From IMG/VR virus record IMGVR_UViG_3300034157_000063: a DNA stretch of 64,000 nt. One strand, written 5' to 3'. Under the pieces are notes generated by a model that searched no databases, had not been told where the DNA came from, and saw nothing but the letters and a program-made list of their open reading frames with translations. The position numbers and the translations under genes were made by a program. The stretch is from a virus (lineage: Duplodnaviria > Heunggongvirae > Uroviricota > Caudoviricetes). Position 1 is the stretch's first letter, and every line of letters begins with the position of its first letter. Shown here piece by piece: positions 19,717 to 29,575 of the stretch.

Positions 19717-20199
19717 ATGATTTATCAATTCCCTGATTTTAAAGTCATTGCTCAACACAGAAATCTATTGAAAAATTCAACAGTGATTGGCAATCGTATT
19801 AAAATGTTTGAAGAACATGCAGACCGCACTATTTTTTCATCTTGTCACTCTAATGATGGCTCCAAACTATCAGCCGAAAAGCGTAAAGACATCTTGGCCT
19901 ATCTCAATGATCCTACTTACGAGAAATGGGATAAAATTTATAAATATCAAATGTTCCCCAATAAATCACTGTGGGACAGTTGGAATAAAGTATCGACTGA
20001 TGTAGTGAGTTTCGTTGTAGATATTGACAATCCACATGCTAAATGGCGAAGAATTCCAACACCAGAAGAACTTGTTTTAGGTATTGCCACCATTAAGAAA
20101 AATGAACGTGAAAAGCTTCTTAATATCAAAGTTGCACTTGACAATAATACTCTTGATTTAGAGTTCAAATTCAGGAATTATCTGTTGAAATATGCTTGA
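19717..20199 (+). CDS. hypothetical protein
   Basis: AAGGA SD before ATG 19717. Confidence 0.65.
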   Translation: MIYQFPDFKVIAQHRNLLKNSTVIGNRIKMFEEHADRTIFSSCHSNDGSKLSAEKRKDILAYLNDPTYEKWDKIYKYQMFPNKSLWDSWNKVSTDVVSFVVDIDNPHAKWRRIPTPEELVLGIATIKKNEREKLLNIKVALDNNTLDLEFKFRNYLLKYA

Positions 20200-20247
20200 T
20201 TTTTAGTGTACTTTATGGTATTATTTGTGAAATCTTGGAGAAACAAC

Positions 20248-20775
20248 ATGAAGCAAACTCTTATATTTTTAATCGCTATTTTTTCAGGCTTTTCATATGC
20301 AAATCCTGTTATGACTGATGCTGAAAAACTGGGTGGTGTTAAATATTTGGTCAATGATGGCACGTTAGTTGCTGAGTTTGATTATGTTAATGCAGAACAG
20401 TTAAAAGTCTTTGAAGACTATGACTTCACAGTGGAAAGTGCCCCTTGCACTGTCTTGGGTGATTACTACTCACCGGCTGATGACAATAATACCGTATACA
20501 CTGTTAAAGTAGAAAGTAAAGATTTTAGGTTCATGTGCCGTTCGGTTGTAGGCATGAAGGATAATGAGCGTAGACTTTACATGGTCGGTTCTGTGTATGA
20601 CTGTATGAGTCGTCCTTTTGATTTTAGTCAATCAACGCTTGAAGACTACAAACATTTTGGTTCTATGTGTGAAGACTCTAACCGTTCAAAATATATCAAG
20701 ACAGTGGACTATTCATATCTTGAACTATTCCATCCTGACAAATACTTTAAAATAATCGCTTTTAACACAAAATAA
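20248..20775 (+). CDS. exported protein
   Basis: Signal peptide MKQTLIFLIAIFSGFSYA; GGAG SD. Confidence 0.7.
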   Translation: MKQTLIFLIAIFSGFSYANPVMTDAEKLGGVKYLVNDGTLVAEFDYVNAEQLKVFEDYDFTVESAPCTVLGDYYSPADDNNTVYTVKVESKDFRFMCRSVVGMKDNERRLYMVGSVYDCMSRPFDFSQSTLEDYKHFGSMCEDSNRSKYIKTVDYSYLELFHPDKYFKIIAFNTK

Positions 20776-20900
20776 AACCTGCATTGCAGGTTTTGTTGCA
20801 TTTCCTTTCACAAAATTTACAAAAACCTTTCACTTCCTATACTTCCGTTTGTCTTTTTTTCTGATACTATAACTAATAAGACAATTTAGGAGTTATATTT

Positions 20901-21284
20901 ATGAAAAAATTAACATTATCAATTATCATCGCTTCATTACTTCCGTTCTCTATGGCAATGGCAGGAACACCAGAAGTTAAAAAAGAAGGTGGTTTTGATA
21001 GAGCCGAAATGAGAGCTAAGCACGAAGCAAAATTTGCAGAAGAACTTGGTTTGACTGATGCTCAAAAAGCTAAGTTGGCTGACATAAAAGCAAAAGGAAA
21101 GGCTAACAGAGAAGCCGAAAAAGCAGAATTTAACGCAGTCTTGACACCAGAACAAAAAGCTAAGATGGAAACGATGAAAAAGCATCATGAAGGTTTTAAA
21201 GGTCGTAAGGGTGGAATTGAAGGTCATCCACAACCAGCAACAGACAAAGTTGTTCCAGCCGTGCCAGTCGAACAAGTTAAGTAA
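20901..21284 (+). CDS. Spy/CpxP-like periplasmic protein (LTxxQ motifs)
   Basis: Signal peptide plus two LTxxQ motifs (LGLTDAQK, VLTPEQK). Confidence 0.8.
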   Translation: MKKLTLSIIIASLLPFSMAMAGTPEVKKEGGFDRAEMRAKHEAKFAEELGLTDAQKAKLADIKAKGKANREAEKAEFNAVLTPEQKAKMETMKKHHEGFKGRKGGIEGHPQPATDKVVPAVPVEQVK

Positions 21285-21305
21285 GCAATAAAATTGTTAT
21301 ATTAA

Positions 21306-21327
21306 AATAGCCTTCGGGCTATTTTTT
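21306..21327 (+). terminator. intrinsic terminator with UUCG loop
   Basis: AATAGCC-TTCG-GGCTATT plus T-run. Confidence 0.8.
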
Positions 21328-21379
21328 GTTGCTTCAACTTTTTAAATGTAGTATACTCTTCAAATTATTAGGAGCCTCA

Positions 21380-22039
21380 ATGCACATTCTTTTTAAGAAA
21401 TTCTTTAACCTTGATGACACGGTTCAGTTTCCTGATGACATGGAAACTGGCTTTCAGTCTCTTGCTGGATTCGGTTCTATCAAAAAGAAGACCGCTAGCG
21501 ACTCATTCATTATTAAAAAGTGCGAAGATCCTTTAATCATTCGTCTTCATAATGAAGCGGTTGAAAGTTATCATCAATTTGTGACCGCTTTTAATAATAA
21601 TTTCACTAATGGCTATACTCATCACAAGACTTTTAAATTGTTAAGGTCAAAAATTGATTTAGTTCGTGAGGAAATTGAATTTCAGTTTATTAACAAAAAT
21701 AAGATTTTTGTTCTTTATTCAAACCATTTTGAATTTAAAGGTAAGAATGGACAAAAAGAAGTGGTGAGCATTTGTTACCGTATTCCTATTGATGAAAGAG
21801 AACCATCAGAATGCACTGTTAAATTTGATTTAATTAAAGTGCCTTGTAACTATAACTATTATTCAGAGTCGGCTCTTGATTTCAAATACACAGGTAAGTA
21901 TTATCCAACTAATTTGTTGACTATTGTTTTTATTTGGAAAAACTTCCGCACACAGATTGAAGAACAGTTTGAGAGCATTGATAAATTTGTTGAGAACTTT
22001 GATGATAATATTAAAATACTTACTATGCTGGTGTTCTAG
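21380..22039 (+). CDS. hypothetical protein with shared C-terminal motif (..KILTMLVF)
   Basis: AGGAG SD before ATG 21380. Confidence 0.7.
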   Translation: MHILFKKFFNLDDTVQFPDDMETGFQSLAGFGSIKKKTASDSFIIKKCEDPLIIRLHNEAVESYHQFVTAFNNNFTNGYTHHKTFKLLRSKIDLVREEIEFQFINKNKIFVLYSNHFEFKGKNGQKEVVSICYRIPIDEREPSECTVKFDLIKVPCNYNYYSESALDFKYTGKYYPTNLLTIVFIWKNFRTQIEEQFESIDKFVENFDDNIKILTMLVF

Positions 22040-22196
22040 GTTGATGAGTATGGATATTATGTTGTTGGTGGTTTAAACTTCGTGTAGTTGCTAGTTTAAA
22101 AACGATTAAAATCATTCCATATATTCAAGATTATTCGTTGACCATCATGCTCAACTTGTAGTATAATACTGCTATTAAACCTACTGAGAGTATACG

Positions 22197-22748
22197 ATGA
22201 ACACACAAATTGCAGCTATTGCTAAGTATTTTGGGGTAACTGAATATACGATTGATAACTATTGTGGTCTTATTGGTGATTTACGAGTTAAGCTAGCTCG
22301 ATATGAAGATTCAGTGGTTGTTTTTAAATATTCACAAAAACTTAATCCTTTCAAGAAACAAGTTGCTGAGCATCAAGAAGCTATTTTGAACACTCTTGAT
22401 GGCTTGTTTGCTTTCAATAAAAAAACATTTTTGCAACAATACAGCATTACTCATTATATTGCTGTTGATAAAAAAAATGATGATAAGGTTTCTTTTTACA
22501 CCACTTACACAAAAAATAATAGAGGTCATTTTCCACTGGATATCAAAGTTTTTGGTAAAAATGAATTTTATGAGGTGAACTTTACTATTGTTTCTTGTGA
22601 TGACGAATTTTATATTACAGGTTTTGGTGACAAACGTATTGATAATCTTAAAGAGTATTTCTTGTTAAAAAACTGTCAGTATGATATTAAAAGAATGTTC
22701 GGTGAAGAAGAGTTTAATAAAGACTTGATTGATATGTGCTTCATTTAA
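22197..22748 (+). CDS. hypothetical protein with shared C-terminal motif (..DLIDMCFI)
   Basis: ORF with upstream TATAAT box. Confidence 0.7.
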   Translation: MNTQIAAIAKYFGVTEYTIDNYCGLIGDLRVKLARYEDSVVVFKYSQKLNPFKKQVAEHQEAILNTLDGLFAFNKKTFLQQYSITHYIAVDKKNDDKVSFYTTYTKNNRGHFPLDIKVFGKNEFYEVNFTIVSCDDEFYITGFGDKRIDNLKEYFLLKNCQYDIKRMFGEEEFNKDLIDMCFI

Positions 22749-22815
22749 TAGTTGATTTGCACAGTCTTTAATGTTATAATTATCACATTAACTAATAAAC
22801 AATAGGAGATTTAAT

Positions 22816-23016
22816 ATGATTGGCGAAAACCCTAAGATGACTCATAAATTGGGAAATGGTGACTTGGTAGCAAGTCTTGATTTCGTTGGTAAAATTTGTT
22901 GCCGTTATTTTGATGAAGGCAAGCCGATGTATGTGGCTCGTTCACTTGATGGCAAAGACCAACGTACCTTTGGTGATAAGTCGTCTTTCCGTCGCACATC
23001 CGTAGGTTCCGCATAA
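22816..23016 (+). CDS. small hypothetical protein
   Basis: AGGAG SD; first gene of a small operon. Confidence 0.65.
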   Translation: MIGENPKMTHKLGNGDLVASLDFVGKICCRYFDEGKPMYVARSLDGKDQRTFGDKSSFRRTSVGSA

Positions 23017-23025
23017 GGAGACGTT

Positions 23026-23253
23026 ATGCTTTATTCGGTTAAGGTTAAACACCGTCGATTTCTTGATGGTAAAGAAGCGGCGAAGTTGAAAGGTTTTGGT
23101 GTGAAGGTTGTTGAGAACAATCATGTTTATGATGAGCATTCCTCCCATTTTATCTCGCAAGTTGAAATGGATGATGCTAAGCTTCAAGAACTTGAAAGCA
23201 CGTTCAAATGCACTGTTGATGGCGATGCAATCACAATTGATATGGAGAAATAA
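23026..23253 (+). CDS. small hypothetical protein
   Basis: AAGGAG SD. Confidence 0.7.
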   Translation: MLYSVKVKHRRFLDGKEAAKLKGFGVKVVENNHVYDEHSSHFISQVEMDDAKLQELESTFKCTVDGDAITIDMEK

Positions 23254-23255
23254 GT

Positions 23256-23516
23256 ATGTTGATGAAAGAAGGCGAAGATTATTCTATTCATGGTATTCAT
23301 ATTGATAACGCGAAAGAACTTGTGGTTGTTAGTGACTTTCTGAGTTATTCGAAAACTTGGCCGACAACACTTGATTACGAAGGTAAAACTTATTCTTTCA
23401 ACGGTATTTCACCACTTCCACAGTGTTATGTTGGTCATTATTTTTCAATGGCTCTGTATCTTGAAAAAGAAGCAGTTGCTGTAAATTCCACGGACACTGT
23501 ATATGGAAAGCATTGA
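23256..23516 (+). CDS. small hypothetical protein
   Basis: GGAG SD; closely coupled to the upstream gene. Confidence 0.65.
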   Translation: MLMKEGEDYSIHGIHIDNAKELVVVSDFLSYSKTWPTTLDYEGKTYSFNGISPLPQCYVGHYFSMALYLEKEAVAVNSTDTVYGKH

Positions 23517-24201
23517 CCTACTGAACTTAGCCTATAAACGTAATAGAGCACTCCATAGTCGATTAAAGAGAACTTACCAAGTCTTGGGATCTGGTAAGTT
23601 TCTTACCTCTTACTATGATGAAAAGAATGATGTGGTCATCAAAGCTTTTAAACTCTCTGTCATGAAAGATAAGAAGCATTCTTTACTGATTGGTGAAGAG
23701 GCAGAAGAGTTGTTCTATCAAGTCTTTAATGACATATTAGATGACCCAGAACAGGTTAAAGCTGCATTAACTGAGTATATTTTTAAGACTAATCTTGATT
23801 GGGCTTATTATTGTTTAGAGAACTGCAGTAAGAATAAACACTTACCGAAAGTCTATGAAGTCACTATCGACCCAGAACATTTTTCTTATATTATAAAATG
23901 TGAGCGTTTATTTCATCTTAATAGACTTAATGATTATCGAATATATGAGTTCACAAGTGAACTCTGTATCAATATTCATTCACATATGAAGTCTAATATT
24001 AGTTATGACCACGAAGATGAGCTTGCAGATACCCCTTCTGAGATGTTTTCTGACTTTATCGAATATAACTTGCTCAAAGAGTTAATAGCCGATATTTCCA
24101 CTAAGTTTGCTTATTATACTTTAGACTTACATTCTAAGAATATTATGTTTAGGTTGGATGGGGCTAATGTTAATTTGATATTAAATGATCCATTCTATTA
24201 A
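23503..24201 (+). CDS. putative Ser/Thr protein kinase-fold protein (paralog 1)
   Basis: Gly-loop LGSGKF, VVIK lysine, LPKVYE, catalytic DLHSKNIM, NDP. Confidence 0.7.
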   Translation: MESIDLLNLAYKRNRALHSRLKRTYQVLGSGKFLTSYYDEKNDVVIKAFKLSVMKDKKHSLLIGEEAEELFYQVFNDILDDPEQVKAALTEYIFKTNLDWAYYCLENCSKNKHLPKVYEVTIDPEHFSYIIKCERLFHLNRLNDYRIYEFTSELCINIHSHMKSNISYDHEDELADTPSEMFSDFIEYNLLKELIADISTKFAYYTLDLHSKNIMFRLDGANVNLILNDPFY

Positions 24202-24268
24202 ATAATGATGTTAAAGATTGTGGGAATATGGTATAATCGTTATTATTAATTAGAAAGGAAATACATAA

Positions 24269-24889
24269 TTGGACATAACAGAAGTAATTGTGAATGGCAT
24301 TGAGCCTAGTTCTTACTTTTTGAGAAATAACCCTGAATGGCGACATGTTAATCAGGGAATTTGCTTTAATGTGTTTGAAGATATTGGGACTAATCATATT
24401 TTCAAAGTTCAATCACTCAGTTGTGGCAGTGAACAAATTAAAGAAATCAAATATTGGACACGTTATTGTCTTGACCATCAACATTTTAATTACCTTCCAC
24501 AATTAAATTCCTGTAAGCTTTATAAATTCGATAAAAAATCCTTGTTCTGCATTGACTCTGAAAAGCTTGTTGATGTGGGTGTTGAATTAATCTCCGAAAT
24601 TAAATCTATTTTTGATGGTTATATTGCTAAGGCATTCATCGAATTGAGTGATCACGATATTTCTATTATTTTGGGTCGAATTTCTCAATCTACTCACTTT
24701 TGTAAGCGTATTGGTGCCGACTTTGAGGATTTCTTTGTGACATTGCTTAAAGATTTGCGTAAAATTGCTCGGCAACAAGGTGACACAATATTTAGTTTGG
24801 ATCTCCATTTTAACAATTTCATGATTAGGCCAAGCACAGGACAACTGGTGATTGTGGACGCTTTTAGCTGCTCAATGTATAATGAATAA
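24269..24889 (+). CDS. putative Ser/Thr protein kinase-fold protein (paralog 2)
   Basis: NQG..NVF, IFKV, LPQL, DLHFNNFM, VIVDAF. Confidence 0.65.
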   Translation: MDITEVIVNGIEPSSYFLRNNPEWRHVNQGICFNVFEDIGTNHIFKVQSLSCGSEQIKEIKYWTRYCLDHQHFNYLPQLNSCKLYKFDKKSLFCIDSEKLVDVGVELISEIKSIFDGYIAKAFIELSDHDISIILGRISQSTHFCKRIGADFEDFFVTLLKDLRKIARQQGDTIFSLDLHFNNFMIRPSTGQLVIVDAFSCSMYNE

Positions 24890-24964
24890 TATTATAATAA
24901 CATTGATTTTCTTTTCTTTTACGCTAAACTGACTTCATCATTTAAACAAACAAAGGAGAATGAG

Positions 24965-25159
24965 ATGTTAGACCCGCTAAGCATTATGAAACTTGTACCA
25001 AAAGCAAAAATGTTGGTTGCATTGTTAACAGAAACCATGAAAGAATATGATGAAAACGTTAAGAAATACAACATGAAGCCAAACGATACAAAAGAATACA
25101 ACAAATTAAAAGCTGAAATTGAAGTGATAATGGAAAAAGACAGCAAGTCCAAAAAATAA
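24965..25159 (+). CDS. small basic helical hypothetical protein
   Basis: AAGGAG SD. Confidence 0.6.
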   Translation: MLDPLSIMKLVPKAKMLVALLTETMKEYDENVKKYNMKPNDTKEYNKLKAEIEVIMEKDSKSKK

Positions 25160-25231
25160 GGTTAAAACCTTATTTTTTATTGCTTTATAGTCGTAATAGT
25201 TGTATAATTAAAAAAAATAAACAGGTGATTT

Positions 25232-25708
25232 ATGAAAAAGTTTCTAAAACAAATGGCTGGATTTTTTAATGAGGAAGCTAAAAACTCATTGAAATATGAA
25301 CAATTTAAAAAAGACAATGAATTACTTGTTAACTCTTTCAATAACACCGTTCATGAACAAGCTTCTTCTGATACTCATGTTCGTGACTTCACTTATAAAA
25401 CATTAGGTTCAAGAGTTAAGAATTGTTATAAAAAGAATTGTTCGTTTGAAATTTCTTGTCCGTTCTTTAAAGATAGTGAAGAACTAGGTCGTGCTAATAT
25501 CGTATTTGTGACATCATCCCCATCAAAAAGCATTGAAAAGTTATATGATAACAAAACTCGTATTCTAGGTCTTTACTTTGAAAACGGTTATATTGGTGGA
25601 CTGTATGAAACTAAGAAAGGCACTGTTGATTACTTCTATGACAAGGCTGTTCTGGAAATTGTTTCATTAAAAGACGTTACGGTTGAGCTATCCTTCTTAA
25701 AGATTTAA
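25232..25708 (+). CDS. hypothetical protein
   Basis: 158-aa ORF between a promoter and a terminator. Confidence 0.65.
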   Translation: MKKFLKQMAGFFNEEAKNSLKYEQFKKDNELLVNSFNNTVHEQASSDTHVRDFTYKTLGSRVKNCYKKNCSFEISCPFFKDSEELGRANIVFVTSSPSKSIEKLYDNKTRILGLYFENGYIGGLYETKKGTVDYFYDKAVLEIVSLKDVTVELSFLKI

Positions 25709-25834
25709 AGTTTTTTACCACAAAAAAAACACTGAATCTTTCGGTGTTTTTTCATTTCTGTTTTCCGTCTAAAAGTTGTTGTAAAAACCTCGATATTTTG
25801 CTATAATGGATTTATCAATTTGCAGAGGTTTCCT

Positions 25835-26158
25835 ATGAAAATAACCCCATATACCATTGTTCAATTAAAAGATGGCAATTATTTTTTTGTTCACTCCGTT
25901 GGCAACCGACAGGTTGAAGTAGGAGCACTAAAAGACAAGGTTGTTCGTGGAATCCTGATTAAAAAAAGTAAAGTGGTATTAGAAGGTAAAACGTCCAAAG
26001 ATGTTTTGAATGTAAAGGAAGCGACATTCAAACAGATTGAACAGTTCTTCTTTGACCAAGACCTTTATGAACAGGATTGGGAATATGTCGAGGAAATCTC
26101 GAAAATCGTAAAAAGAAAAAACATTGAGTTCAATATCCCAGATATTGAGTTCATTTAA
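25835..26158 (+). CDS. hypothetical protein
   Basis: GAGG SD before ATG 25835. Confidence 0.6.
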   Translation: MKITPYTIVQLKDGNYFFVHSVGNRQVEVGALKDKVVRGILIKKSKVVLEGKTSKDVLNVKEATFKQIEQFFFDQDLYEQDWEYVEEISKIVKRKNIEFNIPDIEFI

Positions 26159-26174
26159 AAAAAAGGACATTATT

Positions 26175-26606
26175 ATGAAAGAATTAACGTATGCAGTATT
26201 CATTGTTAAAGTGATCAACGGTGTAAAACACTTATTTATGGCTCACTCAACTGGCAATAACTTTTGGGATGTTCCAAAAGGTGGTGCAGAAGATGATGAA
26301 ACCCCAGTTCAGTCAGCCATTCGTGAGCTGAAAGAAGAAGCGGGTGTTGATTTTGTAGCTGAAGATCTCAAAGATTTGGGTGTATTTGTCTACAATAATC
26401 GTAAAAACATGCACGTTTTCCTTTATACTGGCAGTGATTATCCGTTGCCATCGGCGTGTGAATGTGTTTCTACCTTCACTTGTCCATATACAAAAAGAGA
26501 AAAACCAGAAGTTGACGATTTTAAATATGTTGCTTTTGATGACGTTCCAACTCATTGTGCTAAAAGTTTCAACAAAGTTTTTGAAGCTTTTACAAATTTA
26601 AATTAA
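26175..26606 (+). CDS. Nudix hydrolase
   Basis: Nudix box G-x5-E-x7-RE-x-x-EE-x-G (PKGGAEDDETPVQSAIRELKEEAG); resembles T4-like NudE. Confidence 0.9.
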   Translation: MKELTYAVFIVKVINGVKHLFMAHSTGNNFWDVPKGGAEDDETPVQSAIRELKEEAGVDFVAEDLKDLGVFVYNNRKNMHVFLYTGSDYPLPSACECVSTFTCPYTKREKPEVDDFKYVAFDDVPTHCAKSFNKVFEAFTNLN

Positions 26607-26618
26607 GAGGTATATAAT

Positions 26619-26816
26619 ATGCGTAACACTTTTGATAGCATACTCAATGCGAGTGCTGATATTACTGGTTGGTCTGACGCCGATAAACTATCAATTTTGT
26701 TAACTTATCTTGACTCTCATTGCAGCGATAAGATTGAGCATTTTATGATGTTTACTGACGCAGTGATTGACACAGAAGTTGATGAAAAAGAAGTTGACGA
26801 ACTCACGGTCAGCTAA
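26619..26816 (+). CDS. small acidic hypothetical protein
   Basis: GAGG SD. Confidence 0.65.
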   Translation: MRNTFDSILNASADITGWSDADKLSILLTYLDSHCSDKIEHFMMFTDAVIDTEVDEKEVDELTVS

Positions 26817-26913
26817 TCTATTAGAAATACAAAGACTGGCTCCGGCCAGTTTTTTTATTTCTTTTTTTTATTTCTTTGTGCTAAACTATAAGAGTAAACC
26901 AAGAGAATTTTAG

Positions 26914-27921
26914 ATGAAATATTATGCACTCAATATGATTAAAGGTCATATGAATGAAGTCTTCTTTAAAAACCAAACGTCAAAAGAAGAAAAAAAGCAT
27001 TTCAATGAATTAATAAGCATTGTTCACTTAAATGAAGTCTTAGGATTTAATAAAATTCATATCGGAGCTGGATTGGATGTTAGAAACCTTTTTGACGAAG
27101 ATCAAATCGAAAAAATTAACCTCTATCTCATGATGAAAAACAAAGCATTTCAAATACCAGATAAGGTTCTTAAAAAAGCTAACTACTCACAAGATAACAT
27201 TATGACCTTTGATTACCAATCCGTAGAAGATATCACAAAAGCCAGAATGGTTGCAATGGAATCACCTGCTTATGTTCTTCAAAAGTTAAAAGATGCACAT
27301 GAAATGGCTGTTAAGAAAGCCTTAATGTCTAGTTATGGCGATGTGAGTGAGGTTGATTTTGATAAAAAAACTTATTTAGCCATTGATTTTGAGTTTAATC
27401 CCACAGGTAAAGATAAATTTCACCTCAGTCAGATTACAGAAATTGGATTGAGTTATATCAATGGTAAAAATATTACGACTGAACATTATATTGTAACCGA
27501 ACATAGAGAAACCAAATCAGAATCTAAGAAGCTACTTCAAGATTCATTTAATTTTGGTATCAGTCAATTTATTAGCAGTCAAGACGTTAGAGCTATTCTG
27601 GAAAATGCTTTAACTAAATCTAATATACTTGTTTTTCATGAGCAATCTTGTGATGTTAGATACTTTGAACACAATAAAATTAATTTAGATAATCATAAGA
27701 TATATGATACACAAATGGTTTATCGTAAGAACCTTGTTCCAGAAGGTGAAGCAGATACAGGCAAAAAATTAAAAACATTCTTAGATGATAATATGATTAT
27801 TTCTAAGAACAGACATAATGCAGGTAATGACGCTCACTATACAGCGATGGTATTCAAAGCTCAGGTAAAAGAAGTCTTCGCATTAGAACGCAGAAAAACC
27901 TACGCTCCAAAATTTAAATAA
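26914..27921 (+). CDS. DEDDh 3'-5' exonuclease family protein (paralog 3)
   Basis: AIDFEF, HEQSCD, IYDT, RHNAGNDAHYT. Confidence 0.85.
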   Translation: MKYYALNMIKGHMNEVFFKNQTSKEEKKHFNELISIVHLNEVLGFNKIHIGAGLDVRNLFDEDQIEKINLYLMMKNKAFQIPDKVLKKANYSQDNIMTFDYQSVEDITKARMVAMESPAYVLQKLKDAHEMAVKKALMSSYGDVSEVDFDKKTYLAIDFEFNPTGKDKFHLSQITEIGLSYINGKNITTEHYIVTEHRETKSESKKLLQDSFNFGISQFISSQDVRAILENALTKSNILVFHEQSCDVRYFEHNKINLDNHKIYDTQMVYRKNLVPEGEADTGKKLKTFLDDNMIISKNRHNAGNDAHYTAMVFKAQVKEVFALERRKTYAPKFK

Positions 27922-27931
27922 GAAAAGCCTA

Positions 27932-28693
27932 CTAGATCAAGTAGGCAAAATAAAGGTCAAGGTGACTTTGTTCAAAACTTTCGTATTCATATTCATTATT
28001 TGAGAAGAAGATCTGCAGTTCCTTTCTCCAGCAAAAATGAAAAATAACTTTTTCGAAATACATTCTAATAAATTCACTGGCTTCTTCTATGCTATTGAAT
28101 TCATCTTTTAATACTGTTTTTGATCGAGCATGGGGATCGGTTGTAAATACTACAACTTTGTCACCTTTTAGATGATAAGCTACTGTAAATTTATGTTTTT
28201 GAATTTCTTGAACAATTGAATTAACAATAGTAAATTCATTTTCATTCATATAAAAGTATTTGAAAATTCTCATTGGTTTGTTGTAATAAGACTTCCCAGT
28301 TGTTTTTGTTTTAAGTTGATAGACATCATTATCAACAAAATGACTACTGAGCATAATATCACTCTTGTAAAAATCAATCTCAGCTTGACTATGTTTAATC
28401 AATCCCATTTTAATATACGTGTTAAAAACAACATCAATAATTTTTTGTTCCATCTCTTTGGGCATCAGTGTAATTTGATCGTTAAGTCTACTGATGATGT
28501 GACGATACTTCTGGTTGCTGTCGGCTGGAAATGCTGCAGATTTCTTTGCTGTAATTGTATACATTTCATTTTTGTCACTGACTGGGAACACTGCATAGTG
28601 TTTTAACATTTCAAAATTATCAAAAATGTTTAGAAAGTCTTTATTTTTGAGCATGGATCTACCATGTTTTGCAAACAGTTCGTTGACACTCAT
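27932..28693 (-). CDS. hypothetical protein with variant C-terminal motif (..DLYFAYLI)
   Basis: AAGGAG SD before ATG 28693. Confidence 0.7.
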   Translation of the reverse strand: MSVNELFAKHGRSMLKNKDFLNIFDNFEMLKHYAVFPVSDKNEMYTITAKKSAAFPADSNQKYRHIISRLNDQITLMPKEMEQKIIDVVFNTYIKMGLIKHSQAEIDFYKSDIMLSSHFVDNDVYQLKTKTTGKSYYNKPMRIFKYFYMNENEFTIVNSIVQEIQKHKFTVAYHLKGDKVVVFTTDPHARSKTVLKDEFNSIEEASEFIRMYFEKVIFHFCWRKELQIFFSNNEYEYESFEQSHLDLYFAYLI

Positions 28694-28814
28694 TTCTAGC
28701 TCCTTTAAATAACCACAGATAATTATAACATTAAGCAACACTATTTTCAAATATATTTTTCAATAGGGCTTTCAATTACTGCTTTATCTTGGTATTATAT
28801 ACACAACATACTTA

Positions 28815-29066
28815 ATGGAGGTTGTTATGGTTATTCTATTCGTTTTACTCGCATTTTTAGCTGGTGTTCCATTGTATTTGGATTATAAGAAGAATCCAAC
28901 TAACAACATTATTACAAGGTACACTGAAAAAGCCGCCAGCCATCCAGCATTGTCTGGTGTGTTGTCAAAGATTGAGCCGCATACAAAGCAATATGGTATT
29001 CACCCTGTTTACGCATTAGGTGGTGGTATCCTTGTTCTGTTGTTCTTGATTATTCTCATTCTTTAA
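28815..29066 (+). CDS. small two-TM membrane protein
   Basis: Hydrophobic N- and C-terminal segments. Confidence 0.7.
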   Translation: MEVVMVILFVLLAFLAGVPLYLDYKKNPTNNIITRYTEKAASHPALSGVLSKIEPHTKQYGIHPVYALGGGILVLLFLIILIL

Positions 29067-29175
29067 ATCTGTTCGCTATTTTAAAAGGCATCTATTCGTA
29101 GGTGCTTTTTTATTGCTTAAATTTTAAGATTATGCTATAATCAAGGTTCATTAAAGAACCGATGAGGTATAGTGT

Positions 29176-29544
29176 ATGAGCCGAGTGACTGATATTTTCG
29201 GAGAAGTGTATACCAACGCTACCGAAGAACTTCAAAAACATCCAGAACAAGATGTTGAATACTCTTGTGTTGAATATTTTGGAATAAATCCAAAAGTTCG
29301 CAATGGTGATTTTTGTAAGTTTGTGGTTGATCTCTTCAATGTTGCCAGCATGAGAGCACCTGATACGATTAAAGAGTTCTTCAAAAATAAAGAAACTGTT
29401 GTTCTGGACTACGACAAAGAAGATAAAGGAGCGGTGCTTTATATTTTGGCGAAAGGTCGTTTTGGGGAATTTAATTACCTTGTGAAAGCAACATCTGCTA
29501 ATAAATATCATAAAGAGTTATATATTTTAGAAGCCGTAGATTGA
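29176..29544 (+). CDS. hypothetical protein
   Basis: GAGG SD. Confidence 0.7.
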   Translation: MSRVTDIFGEVYTNATEELQKHPEQDVEYSCVEYFGINPKVRNGDFCKFVVDLFNVASMRAPDTIKEFFKNKETVVLDYDKEDKGAVLYILAKGRFGEFNYLVKATSANKYHKELYILEAVD

Positions 29545-29572
29545 AAAAAGAGCACTTCGGTGCTCTTTTTTT
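29544..29572. terminator. bidirectional intrinsic terminator
   Basis: A-run, GAGCAC-TTCG-GTGCTC, T-run, between convergent genes. Confidence 0.85.
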
Positions 29573-29575
29573 ACT

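Noticed and set aside
22037-22087. In-frame extension after TAG (VDEYGYYVVGGLNFV*) suggesting stop-codon recoding
   Set aside because: TAG terminates several genes exactly at the conserved C-terminal motif (22039, 44657, 46701, 50702), and genes are intact under the standard code.
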